Source: Candidatus Tayloriibacteriota bacterium
Lineage (GTDB): Bacteria; Patescibacteriota; Minisyncoccia; Phycocordibacterales; UBA10002
Assembly: GCA_009694955.1 (NCBI GenBank)
Contig: SIBZ01000001.1
Location: 63-64,062 of the forward strand
DNA: 64,000 nucleotides
Direction of reading: 5' to 3'
Shown piece by piece: positions 37,894 through 47,441 of the stretch (position 1 is its first letter; every line of letters begins with the position of its first letter). The translations under genes were made by a program, and so were the position numbers. The notes beneath the pieces are model-generated. The model saw only the letters and a program-made list of their open reading frames with translations. It was not told where the DNA came from and made no database searches.

Positions 37894-37962
37894 CTGTCAT
37901 TCCACTGAAAAGTGGAATCCAGAGAAAGTAAGACTAGATTCCCGCCTACGCGGGAATGACAG
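37894..37962. repeat. dRS3/REP-like element TGTCATTCC..GGAATCC..GATTCCC..GGGAATGACA
   Basis: Nested inverted repeats including ATTCCC-N8-GGGAAT. Confidence 0.8.
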
Positions 37963-37979
37963 GCTAATTAGAAAAACTT

Positions 37980-38735
37980 ATGGACCATCAAGAGCTGCTT
38001 CAGTCGCTTGGGTTATCGAAGAACGAGGCCAAGATATATGAAACCCTGCTTCGGCAGGGCGAGGTTGGCGTGGGTGTTATCTCGGAGAAATCCGGCGTAC
38101 ATCGTCGGAATGTGTACGATTCCCTTAATCGCCTTATGGAAAAGGGTCTTGTGTTTGAGGTTGTTGAGTCGGTAGAGAACAAATATCAGGCGTGCGAACC
38201 GAAGAAACTGACGGAAATCGTCATCGAGAAACTTGAGGCAGTTGATAAAGCACTACCGGAACTGGAAAAACTCCACTTCAGCACACCGTCCACTTATCGC
38301 GTACACACATACCGCGGCAAGGAAGGTTGGAAGCAATATATGCGCGATATCATCAAGACTGGCGAGCCGTTTTACTCCATCGGCGCGCAGGGAGCATGGC
38401 TTGATGAACGGGTAAAGTCGTTTATTCCGGCGTTTCTGCAACAATTAAAAACAAAAAAGATACCGATGCATCATTTGTTTGATTCCGACGTGAAGGCAAG
38501 CAACCATCCCATTCTCAAAGAGGTGGGGAAAGACTATAAATTCCTGCCGAAAAAGTACGCGACCACCTCCGGCGTTGATATCTTCGGGGACCATGTGAAC
38601 ATCATGCATCATCAATATCTTGGTCAAGTCGGCACCGACGACGAAATCACCTTTACTGTTATTGTGAACAAAAATCTCGCCGACTCCTTTCGCACGTGGT
38701 TCCAGTACATGTGGGACATGTGCCCAAGAAATTAG
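37980..38735 (+). CDS. TrmB family transcriptional regulator
   Basis: LGLSKNEAKIYETLL, VHRRNVYDSLNRLMEKGLV, YRGKEG, DIFGD, FQYMW. Confidence 0.9.
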   Translation: MDHQELLQSLGLSKNEAKIYETLLRQGEVGVGVISEKSGVHRRNVYDSLNRLMEKGLVFEVVESVENKYQACEPKKLTEIVIEKLEAVDKALPELEKLHFSTPSTYRVHTYRGKEGWKQYMRDIIKTGEPFYSIGAQGAWLDERVKSFIPAFLQQLKTKKIPMHHLFDSDVKASNHPILKEVGKDYKFLPKKYATTSGVDIFGDHVNIMHHQYLGQVGTDDEITFTVIVNKNLADSFRTWFQYMWDMCPRN

Positions 38736-38817
38736 TGCCGATCTTCCGTCTTGCGCGGACTAGCTATAAGCTCCTCTTTACTTAAGTAAAGAGGAGCTCC
38801 ATGCCGTCGAAGATGAC

Positions 38818-39561
38818 TTAATTCGCGCAGTGGTCCCACATGAATTTAAACCAAGTGCGGTAACATTCTGCCAGCTCTTTATTCACAATCACAATAAGCG
38901 TGACATCCTCCGTTATGTTTTTTAGAGTGAGTCCGGAAAAAGTCACGATATGGTCCCCGAATATATCAATCGCGCCCGTAGTCGAATACGCGGGCGGTAA
39001 AAACCGGTGAGGTTTACCAAGTGCCCTGAGGAGCTCAGGAGCGAATTTTTTTACCTCATAGTCAAAGATGTGGTGATATTTTATTTTTTTCTTGGCTGCG
39101 CTCTCCAAAAACTTTTCAATAAAGGGTTGGAGGTCTTTATCAAACCAGCCACCTTTTGCTCCGACAAAGTACACATCTTCTCCAGCTGTTAAAATGTCCC
39201 GCAAATAATTTTTGAAACCCTCCGAGCCTTTGTAAATATATACCGCTTCATTGGTAGTGGCTTTTTCGAATTGGCTCGTAAGGGCGGGGAGGATCTGTCT
39301 CAACTTTTCCGCCTTCTCCCAAAGCAAATCTTTAAGCTTGTTTGGTTCAACGGGGGCGTATTTCTTCTCTTTTGCTCCCGCTATCTGGTAGATAAGCCCT
39401 TTTCGCATGAGCTTGGGAATAATGTCGTAAATATTGCGCTTGTGCACCCCTATTTTAAGGGAGATTTCGGGTACGGAAGAGACGCCAATATCAAGTAGGC
39501 CTTCATAAATCTTTGCTTCGTTCGGGGATAGCCCAATTTCTTGAAGTGTTTCTTTGTACAT
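38818..39561 (-). CDS. TrmB family transcriptional regulator (paralog)
   Basis: IGLSPNEAKIYEGLL, YKGSEG, DIFGDH, WFKFMW. Confidence 0.9.
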   Translation of the reverse strand: MYKETLQEIGLSPNEAKIYEGLLDIGVSSVPEISLKIGVHKRNIYDIIPKLMRKGLIYQIAGAKEKKYAPVEPNKLKDLLWEKAEKLRQILPALTSQFEKATTNEAVYIYKGSEGFKNYLRDILTAGEDVYFVGAKGGWFDKDLQPFIEKFLESAAKKKIKYHHIFDYEVKKFAPELLRALGKPHRFLPPAYSTTGAIDIFGDHIVTFSGLTLKNITEDVTLIVIVNKELAECYRTWFKFMWDHCAN

Positions 39562-39572
39562 AGTGTCTAGTG

Positions 39573-39586
39573 GTGGTATTTGCCAC
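39573..39586. promoter_or_regulatory. Candidate TrmB operator
   Basis: gtggta-tt-tgccac, 11 bp upstream of the trmB ATG. Confidence 0.45.
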
Positions 39587-39650
39587 TCACTCACTATTCT
39601 ATATCATTTTACGCAAAAGGCAACCTTTATGCCTTTTAGTCAATAAAGAT

Positions 39651-41162
39651 ATGGAAAAACTACTCACTTTAACGCCCACACAAGGCTATATTTTGCTAGG
39701 AGTCTATGGTGCCTTTATGATTGCGATTACCTACTTTTTCGCACGGTGGAAGCGGTATCGGAGCATTCAGGGGTTTCTTGTCGCCGAACGAAATGTCAGT
39801 TGGTGGCTCGGAGCGACAAGTATCGCGGCGTCCTGGATATGGGCGCCTGCGCTCTTTGTTTCGGTTCAATCGGCATATCAGCAGGGTCTCGCCGGTATTT
39901 TTTGGTTCACCGTCCCGAATGTCCTCGCGTTACTTCTCTATATTTTTCTCGCTCCGCGTATTCGCGAGAAAATGCCCTTTGGCTACACACTGCCGCAGTG
40001 GATACGGTTTCGCTTGCAGAGCGAACGAGTACATAAGATGTATTTATTCCCTTATTTTTTCTATCAGCTTATGGCTGTGGCGGTTCAGCTTTTTGCGGGA
40101 GGCCACCTCGTCTCGTTTCTCACCGGAATCCCATTCATAAACGCGATGCTTATTATGGCGCTTACGGTACTCATCTACGCATTCATTTCTGGACTCGAGT
40201 CTTCCTTTGTTACTGACTTTATACAATTCATTCTCATTATCCTCGGCGTCGTTATTGTGGTGCCGTGGGCGATATCAGCGGCGGGAGGCTGGTCCGCGGT
40301 AAGCGCTGGACTTGGCGGGGTCACAGGGGAGTTTAGGAATATGTTTGACCCGGGCGTTGCTCTCTCATTCGGTATCGTAACCGCTATCGGCCTTATCTCC
40401 GGTGCCATCTCCGACCAGCAATATTGGCAACGCGCTTTTGCGATCAAGAAAAATAATCTGGTACCCTCATTCATATTTGGGGCGATTATGTTCGGAATTA
40501 TCCCGGTTGCGCTTTCGGTTCTCGGATTTCTGGCGGCGAATAGCGGTTTAGGAATCACACTTCCGGCCGGAACCGATGTGTCGCTTATTGGAGTGGCTAC
40601 CGTAAGCGCGCTCCTTCCCGTAAGCGCCATCGCACTCTATGTGATTATGCTCTTAAGCGCCCTGTATTCCACGTTGGATTCGGGCATCGTTGCTGCCAGC
40701 TCGCTCTATGTTACCGATGTCGTGAAGTATACGGATAGGGAAAAAAATATCTTGCAAAAAATCGATAAAAATGAACCGCTCACTTCTGACGAGGAGAATA
40801 TTGGAAATGCCCTTGATACTAGGGGAGTGAAGCATTCAAGAAAGGCAATGGTTTGGATTACTATTTCCGGTTTATTGGTGGCGCTTGCCGCGAACTACAT
40901 TCCGGGATTTGGCCTCAAGCACTTATGGTGGATATTTAATACGGTCGCGGCATGCGTCGTGGTACCGACCGTCTTAAGTCTTTACTGGAGCCGACTGGAC
41001 GCCCGCGGAGTATTTTGGGGAGTACTGGTTGCCTTCGTGTTCGGTGTCCCCCTCTTTATCTACGGAAACGTGGTTGATAAACCAATCTGGATTGTCGGAG
41101 CATCGCTCTTCATCATCGCGGTCAGTACCGGATTTTGTTTGGCATTTCCTCGAAAAATCTAA
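39651..41162 (+). CDS. Sodium:solute symporter (SSS, DUR3/PutP-like)
   Basis: FLVAER, SIAASWIWAPAL, SFVTDFIQ, DQQYWQRAFA, STLDS. Confidence 0.9.
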   Translation: MEKLLTLTPTQGYILLGVYGAFMIAITYFFARWKRYRSIQGFLVAERNVSWWLGATSIAASWIWAPALFVSVQSAYQQGLAGIFWFTVPNVLALLLYIFLAPRIREKMPFGYTLPQWIRFRLQSERVHKMYLFPYFFYQLMAVAVQLFAGGHLVSFLTGIPFINAMLIMALTVLIYAFISGLESSFVTDFIQFILIILGVVIVVPWAISAAGGWSAVSAGLGGVTGEFRNMFDPGVALSFGIVTAIGLISGAISDQQYWQRAFAIKKNNLVPSFIFGAIMFGIIPVALSVLGFLAANSGLGITLPAGTDVSLIGVATVSALLPVSAIALYVIMLLSALYSTLDSGIVAASSLYVTDVVKYTDREKNILQKIDKNEPLTSDEENIGNALDTRGVKHSRKAMVWITISGLLVALAANYIPGFGLKHLWWIFNTVAACVVVPTVLSLYWSRLDARGVFWGVLVAFVFGVPLFIYGNVVDKPIWIVGASLFIIAVSTGFCLAFPRKI

Positions 41163-41182
41163 CAGGGACTTCGTTGTAGAGG

Positions 41183-41244
41183 ATCTCGCCGACTCATTTC
41201 GCACGTGGTTCCAGTACATGTGGGATATGTGTCCGAAAAATTAG
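41183..41244 (+). repeat. 62-bp direct repeat of the trmB 3' end (38674-38735)
   Basis: 57/62 identical; encodes LADSFRTWFQYMWDMCPKN*. Confidence 0.95.
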
Positions 41245-41285
41245 GCCGTTGACGGTGGTGTATCTATCGTATATACTATGTGTAT

Positions 41286-41585
41286 ATGAAGACTATCATC
41301 AATATCAAGGCTGACAGAGATATCAAGATTAAAGCGCAGAAGGTGGCGAAGCAGCTCGGCGTACCGCTTTCGCTCGTGATTAACAACTACTTGCGCGATT
41401 TCGTGCGCACGAAAGAGGTCCATTTCTCGCTTCGCGACTCCTTGCCTCTTGGCAAGCCCGAGGGAGTGCTTAAGCCCGCTGTGGCCCGCCGTCTCGCACG
41501 GATACACAAGGATATTGTGGAGGGAAAAAATCTCGTTGGCCCGTTCAACTCTGCGAAAGAAGCGATTTCCTATTTGCGAAGCTGA
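41286..41585 (+). CDS. RelB/DinJ-like antitoxin
   Basis: IINIKADRDIK..LGVPLSLVINNYL..GPFNSAKEAISYL; promoter TTGACG-17-TATACT. Confidence 0.8.
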   Translation: MKTIINIKADRDIKIKAQKVAKQLGVPLSLVINNYLRDFVRTKEVHFSLRDSLPLGKPEGVLKPAVARRLARIHKDIVEGKNLVGPFNSAKEAISYLRS

Positions 41586-41845
41586 TGCGCATAGATTTTC
41601 ACCGCACATTCAAGAAGCAATACAAGAGAGCTCCCGCCAAAATTCGGGAGCAGTTTAACGAACGACTCCAATTGTTTGAAGACAACCCCTTCCATCCTCT
41701 TTTGGTTAATCACGCGCTTGGAGGTGACCGACTGGGCAAGTGGAGTATCAACATCACCGGCAATTGGCGGGCGTTGTATGAGTTTCAGAACGCAGAAACA
41801 ATTATTTTTGCCGAAATCGGCACACATCCTCAATTGTATGGATAA
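41585..41845 (+). CDS. YafQ/RelE family mRNA interferase toxin
   Basis: FKKQYKR, NHALGG, SINITGNWRALY, IGTHPQLY. Confidence 0.88.
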   Translation: MRIDFHRTFKKQYKRAPAKIREQFNERLQLFEDNPFHPLLVNHALGGDRLGKWSINITGNWRALYEFQNAETIIFAEIGTHPQLYG

Positions 41846-41896
41846 CATTCCAACATTCTGCAGAATGTCAGAATAATAATTCTGTGGCCTAATTGT

Positions 41897-42511
41897 ATGG
41901 ATCAAAAGACCGCGATACGACAATTGAAAGAGTTGGAACGGCTGGGAGGAGTGAAAAAGATGCGGCTGGCGGCGGAGGGGTGGAGGGAGGAGTGGCAGAC
42001 GCTTATTTCAATACTCATGTCCGCGCGGACGCGCGATGAGGTGACGGTCATTGTGGCTGAGAATCTGTTCGCGGAATTTAGCACCCTTGATGCAATCGGC
42101 AAGGCAAACCCGCGCGATATCTCGAGAGTCATCGGACCGGTCAATTTCTTTCAGAATAAGACGAAGTATGTGATTGCGATTTCCAAGATCCTGCATGAAA
42201 AGCATGGTGGTAAACCGCCGCGCACCATTGAAGAGCTGATTACGCTTCCCGGTGTTGGCCGTAAGACCGCCAATGTGTTTCTCGCGGAGTACGGTGCGGA
42301 CGCAATTGGTGTGGACACGCATGTTTCCTATATTTCGCAAAAGCTTGGGTGGACGAGTCACACCGACCCCGACAAGATTGAGCAGGATTTACTCATGCTG
42401 TTTCCGCAAGCACAGTGGCGAGAACTTAACTCAACGCTGGTGCGTTTCGGGAAGACCTATCAGAGTAGGATAGAGAAAAACAGGTTGTTGGAGAAAATAG
42501 GAAAAATATAA
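41897..42511 (+). CDS. nth: Endonuclease III-like HhH-GPD glycosylase (no Fe-S motif)
   Basis: MSARTRD, LPGVGRKTA, GVDTHV. Confidence 0.88.
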   Translation: MDQKTAIRQLKELERLGGVKKMRLAAEGWREEWQTLISILMSARTRDEVTVIVAENLFAEFSTLDAIGKANPRDISRVIGPVNFFQNKTKYVIAISKILHEKHGGKPPRTIEELITLPGVGRKTANVFLAEYGADAIGVDTHVSYISQKLGWTSHTDPDKIEQDLLMLFPQAQWRELNSTLVRFGKTYQSRIEKNRLLEKIGKI

Positions 42512-42564
42512 ACACCACCACCCCGTCCCGCCGACGGGACACCCCTCCTCAACTGAGGAGGGGA
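42510..42564. repeat. 55-bp double-hairpin element
   Basis: aaacaccaccaccccgtcccgccgacgggacacccctcctcaactgaggagggga; identical to 46995-47049. Confidence 0.95.
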
Positions 42565-42727
42565 GGAAGAAGCAGAAAAAAGTTGATTTTTTCGGAGAAA
42601 GATGCTACGATATGTTTTTGGAGACTCCTGCAGGTCCTTCATAGAAAATCCCAATGATTTTCTACAAGGGAGAAAGGTTCATGTCGAAACCTCCTCCTTC
42701 CTTGTACTTATCCATGGCGCAAATGCT

Positions 42728-42904
42728 ATGGGAATTTTTCAAGCGATAGGACTCGCGCTCGTCATTATTGTTCTTAGAGTGTTGGTTCCCGAGATTTGGA
42801 ACGCGCTTGAACACACAGCGCTTTCCATCCTCACTACCGCCGGTATGCTTGTAGACCATCTGCAAGCTTCCATCGGTACACTCACGTTCCCGCCAGCACT
42901 CTAG
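42728..42904 (+). CDS. Small membrane protein
   Basis: MGIFQAIGLALVIIVLRVLVPEIW; terminator-like hairpin follows. Confidence 0.55.
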   Translation: MGIFQAIGLALVIIVLRVLVPEIWNALEHTALSILTTAGMLVDHLQASIGTLTFPPAL

Positions 42905-43001
42905 AAACAGGCCGAAGACATTTGTCTTCGGCCTCGTGTTTCCTTTTGCCCTCAGTCTGAAAGAGGGTATACTTTACGGATAGTCAGTTAATTTCGCTCC
43001 T

Positions 43002-44939
43002 ATGTACTACGGTGGATTTTCATTATTTTGGGTCATCGTGTTCGCGGTTGCGGTTATCTATCTGAACGGCAAGATAAACCGCCTCGCTTCCCGCTTGGAT
43101 AAAGCGGAAAAGAAAGAACCTGTGCGTCCTTCAGCGCCAGCAACGGCTCCGTCGCTTGCCGATATCGCTTCTTCATTCTCCGTCGAGAGCGGAACAGCTC
43201 CCACGGCTCCCGCTGTCGTAGGACCTCTCGAGAAGGCGCTTACAACCGATGACGCGTTCAAAACAAAGGTGGATGGTGAAGAGAAGGGTGGCCAGTGGCT
43301 CGGGAAAATCGGTGTCGCTGCCATCGTGCTCGGTGCCTCGTTCTTCCTTAGGTGGGCATTCGACAACAACCTGATTGGTCCGATGGGGCGGGTGATGCTC
43401 GGCGTCATCGGCGGTATGACATTCGTGGTTATTGGACAGTTCCTCCGCAAGAAATATCTCGTATACTCCGACATCGTGACAGGAGGCGGTATCGCCATTT
43501 TGTATCTCTCTATTTTCGCGGCGTTCGCGTTCTATCACTTCATCGGACAGGAGATTGCGATGGTGCTTATGTTCTTCGTGACCACGCTTTCGGTGACACT
43601 CTCGGTAATCGGCGGGACGCAACAGCTCGCCGTACTCGGCATTATCGGCGGTTTTTTGACGCCGGTTCTCGTTTCTACCGGAGAGAATAATTTCGGCGGA
43701 CTGATGAGCTATCTTGTCGTACTCGACATCGGCATCCTCATTGTCGCCATCTTCAAGAAATGGACACGGCTCAACCTGCTCGGTTTCATTGGAACGGTGC
43801 TTCTTTCTTTCGGGTGGTTCGCGAACTTTTATGCCGCGAAAGACCTGCCGAAAGTGTTTCTTGTCCTGACGCTCTTCTTTGTCATCTACCTCATCGCAGG
43901 TATCGTGCATAATGTCCTCTGGAAGAAACAGTCAAAAGGCGAAGATTTGTTCCTTATTACCTGTACCGCGGCTTTCTACGCGCTCGGCTCCTACACGATT
44001 CTGAATCCCGACTACCACAGCGTGATGGGCTTCTTTATGTTCTTCCTCTCCGTATTCTATTTCGCCATTGCGTATGTCGCCTACAGGATGAATCCGGAAG
44101 ACAAGACACTCAATCTGTATCTCCCTGGCATCGCCATTGTCTTTCTTACGCTTGCGATGCCCATCCAGTTTTCGGGGAAGTGGATTACACTCGCGTGGCT
44201 TATCGAAGCGGCGCTTCTTATCGGAGCGGGGAGTCTGGTTCGCCGGCATAGTATGAACGTCTTTGGCCTGATTGTGTTCGGAATCGGACTCATCAGACTC
44301 TTCATGTTTGATATGTACATACCGGATATCAGTACGTATCTCCCTGTATTCAACTCGCGGTTCTTCCTCACGCTCGTCGCGATTATCGTCGCCTACTTTA
44401 CCGGTTTTATGTTTTTGCAACACCTTGGTGATGGCGACGACAAAGGAAGAAAAGAAGGAGCCATCGCTTTCTTTGTGATTGCAAATCTACTTTCGCTCTT
44501 CATCCTGACATCCGAGATTAACGCTCACTATGCCAAGTCGATTCAGAACGAACAGAAACGGTTTGGCATTGAACGGACCGGTTTCTACGACAACGGCGGA
44601 GGAGAGCTCAGCGAGCGCACGCAGAACGAATTCAGGCAGAAAGAAGATGCGTTCTACAAAGCACAGCGCTCGACGCAAAACAGAAGGAATACAGTCGTTT
44701 CAATCGCGTGGGCATTCTACGCGGTCGCGCTCACCGCAGTCGGATTTGGCGCGAAGCGCCGGCTGATGCGCCTCCTCGGACTTGCCCTCTTCTTCATTAC
44801 CGCGTTCAAAGTGCTGATTGACGTGTGGGCGCTCGGCGAAGTCTACCGGATTATTTCGTCTATCAGCTTCGGCGTCATCGCGCTCCTGGTTTCGTTCGTG
44901 TACGCAAAGTGGAGACACCGATTACAAGAGGTACTTTAG
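43002..44939 (+). CDS. DUF2339-like polytopic membrane protein
   Basis: GGQWLGKIG, IGPMGR, GGGIAILYLS, GGFLTPVL, KVLIDVW..YRIIS. Confidence 0.85.
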   Translation: MYYGGFSLFWVIVFAVAVIYLNGKINRLASRLDKAEKKEPVRPSAPATAPSLADIASSFSVESGTAPTAPAVVGPLEKALTTDDAFKTKVDGEEKGGQWLGKIGVAAIVLGASFFLRWAFDNNLIGPMGRVMLGVIGGMTFVVIGQFLRKKYLVYSDIVTGGGIAILYLSIFAAFAFYHFIGQEIAMVLMFFVTTLSVTLSVIGGTQQLAVLGIIGGFLTPVLVSTGENNFGGLMSYLVVLDIGILIVAIFKKWTRLNLLGFIGTVLLSFGWFANFYAAKDLPKVFLVLTLFFVIYLIAGIVHNVLWKKQSKGEDLFLITCTAAFYALGSYTILNPDYHSVMGFFMFFLSVFYFAIAYVAYRMNPEDKTLNLYLPGIAIVFLTLAMPIQFSGKWITLAWLIEAALLIGAGSLVRRHSMNVFGLIVFGIGLIRLFMFDMYIPDISTYLPVFNSRFFLTLVAIIVAYFTGFMFLQHLGDGDDKGRKEGAIAFFVIANLLSLFILTSEINAHYAKSIQNEQKRFGIERTGFYDNGGGELSERTQNEFRQKEDAFYKAQRSTQNRRNTVVSIAWAFYAVALTAVGFGAKRRLMRLLGLALFFITAFKVLIDVWALGEVYRIISSISFGVIALLVSFVYAKWRHRLQEVL

Positions 44940-44969
44940 GATGGAATTAAGAATTAGGAATAACGAATT

Positions 44970-46391
44970 ATGAAAAGAAAACTTCTTCTCGCACTGTTTC
45001 TTGCGGTTCCGTTCTTTGTGGCAGCGGATTTTACTTCCTCAAACTGGCAGTACGAGCGGTCGCTTACGATGCCCGCGCTTCAAAGTTCCGGTTATGTCCG
45101 CGTTAAACTCGATGGGGCAGTCGCTTCGGGGAGCCAAGGATTCAAAGATATCCGCGTGATGCAGGGTGAGCGGGAAGTACCCTACCAGTTTTCCGTCGAG
45201 ACCGCCGAAGTCCGCGCACAGTATATCGACTCACAGGTGTTGGATACCGTCGTGGACAGCGCCGGACGTATGCAGTTCATTCTCGACCTCGGACAAAACG
45301 GAACGCTCCATAGCAAACTGCACATCGAAACCGGTTCTCCAAATTACAAACGGCAGGTGAGTGTGTACGCGTCTCCCTCACTTCTCCCTCACGGCTCTTC
45401 TGGCTGGGACTTGCTCACCGACAAGGGATACATTTTCAAATTTACCGATCCGGTCACTAAGTTCAGTACCGACTCGGGTGAGGTCGCGTACCCGCAAAAC
45501 AGTTCCCGCTATCTGCGTGTCGTGGTTGAGAGCGGTCCCGAGGGGGCGCTGTCGCTCGCGTCGGGAAGCGTGTATCGGTATGAAATCAGTTCCGCGAAAG
45601 AGGAGACGGAAACGGTTCCCGCCGACGTGCTTCAGAACAAAGAGACGCAGACAACCGATATTATCGCCGACCTCGGTGCCCCCGGTATCCCGACGCACCA
45701 GGTCACGCTCTCGATAAGCGACAGAGGAAACTTCAGCCGGACCGCGTATCTCTTTGGGAGTAATGACGCGACGGCGTGGTCGCGCATCGGGCAAGGGCAT
45801 CTCTCGCAGATTGATACTCCGAAATTCACCGGCGGAAATTCGACGATAGAGTACACCGAGTCAACCTACCGTTACTACAAAGTCAGTATCCAGAATTTTG
45901 ACGATATACCGCTTACGGTCGCGAACCATATTGAAGTGGTGCACATCATCCGCACGGTTGTGTTCGAGGCAACCCCATCGGCTACGTACACACTCTACTA
46001 CGGCAACCCATTGGCGTTCACCCCACGCTACGACCTCTCGCGTTATTTCGAATATCTCGAGACCACGTCGCTTCCCGAAGCGACACTCGGAGGCGAACGC
46101 GAAAATCCAAAGTATGTCGCGCCGGCTGGTCCTGTCGTGCCGTTCACCGAACGCAATAAAGTATTGCTCAATGTGACACTCGCGTTTCTGTGTCTCTTGA
46201 TCGCCGTGTTTGTCGGTTGGTATATTTGGAGACATGTGAAGCACCGCGCTCCGACAGGAGCAGCTTCGCCTGTCATACCGTCGGCACTTCCACAAACACC
46301 TGCACCTGCTCCGCAATCAGCGGCCTTGCCGTCACAACCAGCATCTCCTCCTCCGGCACCCGTGCAACCTACCGAAGCCCCGCGACAATGA
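44970..46391 (+). CDS. Exported protein with C-terminal TM anchor (DUF3999-like)
   Basis: Signal peptide, DIRV..EVPY, LYYGNP..PRYDL, TM helix then Pro-rich tail. Confidence 0.7.
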   Translation: MKRKLLLALFLAVPFFVAADFTSSNWQYERSLTMPALQSSGYVRVKLDGAVASGSQGFKDIRVMQGEREVPYQFSVETAEVRAQYIDSQVLDTVVDSAGRMQFILDLGQNGTLHSKLHIETGSPNYKRQVSVYASPSLLPHGSSGWDLLTDKGYIFKFTDPVTKFSTDSGEVAYPQNSSRYLRVVVESGPEGALSLASGSVYRYEISSAKEETETVPADVLQNKETQTTDIIADLGAPGIPTHQVTLSISDRGNFSRTAYLFGSNDATAWSRIGQGHLSQIDTPKFTGGNSTIEYTESTYRYYKVSIQNFDDIPLTVANHIEVVHIIRTVVFEATPSATYTLYYGNPLAFTPRYDLSRYFEYLETTSLPEATLGGERENPKYVAPAGPVVPFTERNKVLLNVTLAFLCLLIAVFVGWYIWRHVKHRAPTGAASPVIPSALPQTPAPAPQSAALPSQPASPPPAPVQPTEAPRQ

Positions 46392-46461
46392 TACTCACCG
46401 CTCCGACTCTCGTCGGGGCGGTTTTCGTTGCATGAACGCCATCACACGCTAGAATGACTGT

Positions 46462-47334
46462 GTGAAACATACGAAAGCGACCATTTCTCTGTTCCAAAGG
46501 ACGGTAACCAGGTACTATCGAAAGTGCCGGAGAGATTTTCCGTGGAGGGAAACGCGCGACTCGTATGCGATTTTGGTTTCAGAAATAATGCTCCAACAGA
46601 CGCAAACTGACCGAGTGGTTCCGAAATATCTGGAATGGATGAAAACATTTCCGACACTTGAAGCGCTTGCGCAAGCCGGTGTGGGTGATGTACTAAAGAA
46701 ATGGCAAGGACTCGGTTACAATCGGCGCGTACTCAATCTGAAACGTTCCGTGGAAATGATTGTGAAAGAGTACAACGGAGTGTTTCCTAAAACGGTTAAG
46801 GAAATAGATACGCTTCCCGGCGTCGGGCCGTACACGGCAGGAGCTATCGGCGCCTTCGCGTTTGGAATTCCTTCCGTATTTATTGAGACGAATATCAGGA
46901 CAGTGTATTTGCATTTCTTTTTTAAGGGAAAGAGGAAGGTGAGAGATGAGGAGATTTTGGAGATAATAGAGAGGACATTGCCTACGACCAAAAAAAACAC
47001 CACCACCCCGTCCCGCCGACGGGACACCCCTCCTCAACTGAGGAGGGGAAGCATTCGGGAATGGTACAACGCACTGATGGACTACGGATCAATGTTGAAA
47101 AAGACTGAAGGAAACGAGAACACGCGTAGCGCGCAGTACACGAAACAGCCGGCCTTCAAAGGTTCGCGTAGAGAGGTGCGGGGAGCGATTCTTAAACGAG
47201 CAGCGGAAAAGAGGAAAGTAACCGTGGATGATTTCAAGCAGTACGTTTCTGCTCATCCGGTGGCTGATATTATGTCCGAATTAACAGAAGAAGGTTTCTT
47301 GAAAAAAGAAGGAAAAGCATTTAGGCTAGCATAG
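46462..47334 (+). CDS. mutY: MutY-like A/G-specific adenine glycosylase
   Basis: RDFPWR, VSEIMLQQTQ, WQGLGYNRR, LPGVGPYTA, ALMDYG. Confidence 0.88.
   Translation: MKHTKATISLFQRTVTRYYRKCRRDFPWRETRDSYAILVSEIMLQQTQTDRVVPKYLEWMKTFPTLEALAQAGVGDVLKKWQGLGYNRRVLNLKRSVEMIVKEYNGVFPKTVKEIDTLPGVGPYTAGAIGAFAFGIPSVFIETNIRTVYLHFFFKGKRKVRDEEILEIIERTLPTTKKNTTTPSRRRDTPPQLRRGSIREWYNALMDYGSMLKKTEGNENTRSAQYTKQPAFKGSRREVRGAILKRAAEKRKVTVDDFKQYVSAHPVADIMSELTEEGFLKKEGKAFRLA
46995..47049. repeat. 55-bp element inside the mutY coding sequence, frame preserved
   Basis: Identical to 42510-42564; translated as NTTTPSRRRDTPPQLRRG. Confidence 0.95.
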
Positions 47335-47340
47335 TTCTTG

Positions 47341-47432
47341 TTCCTCCTTTGTTAAAGGAGGTGGCCGACAGGCCGGAGGATTTAAATCCCTCCTTTCGCA
47401 GACTCAAGTCCTCCCTTTAGAAAAGGGAGAAT
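47341..47432. repeat. Double-hairpin REP-like element
   Basis: Sister of 31432-31524. Confidence 0.75.
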
Positions 47433-47441
47433 TAAGACCAT

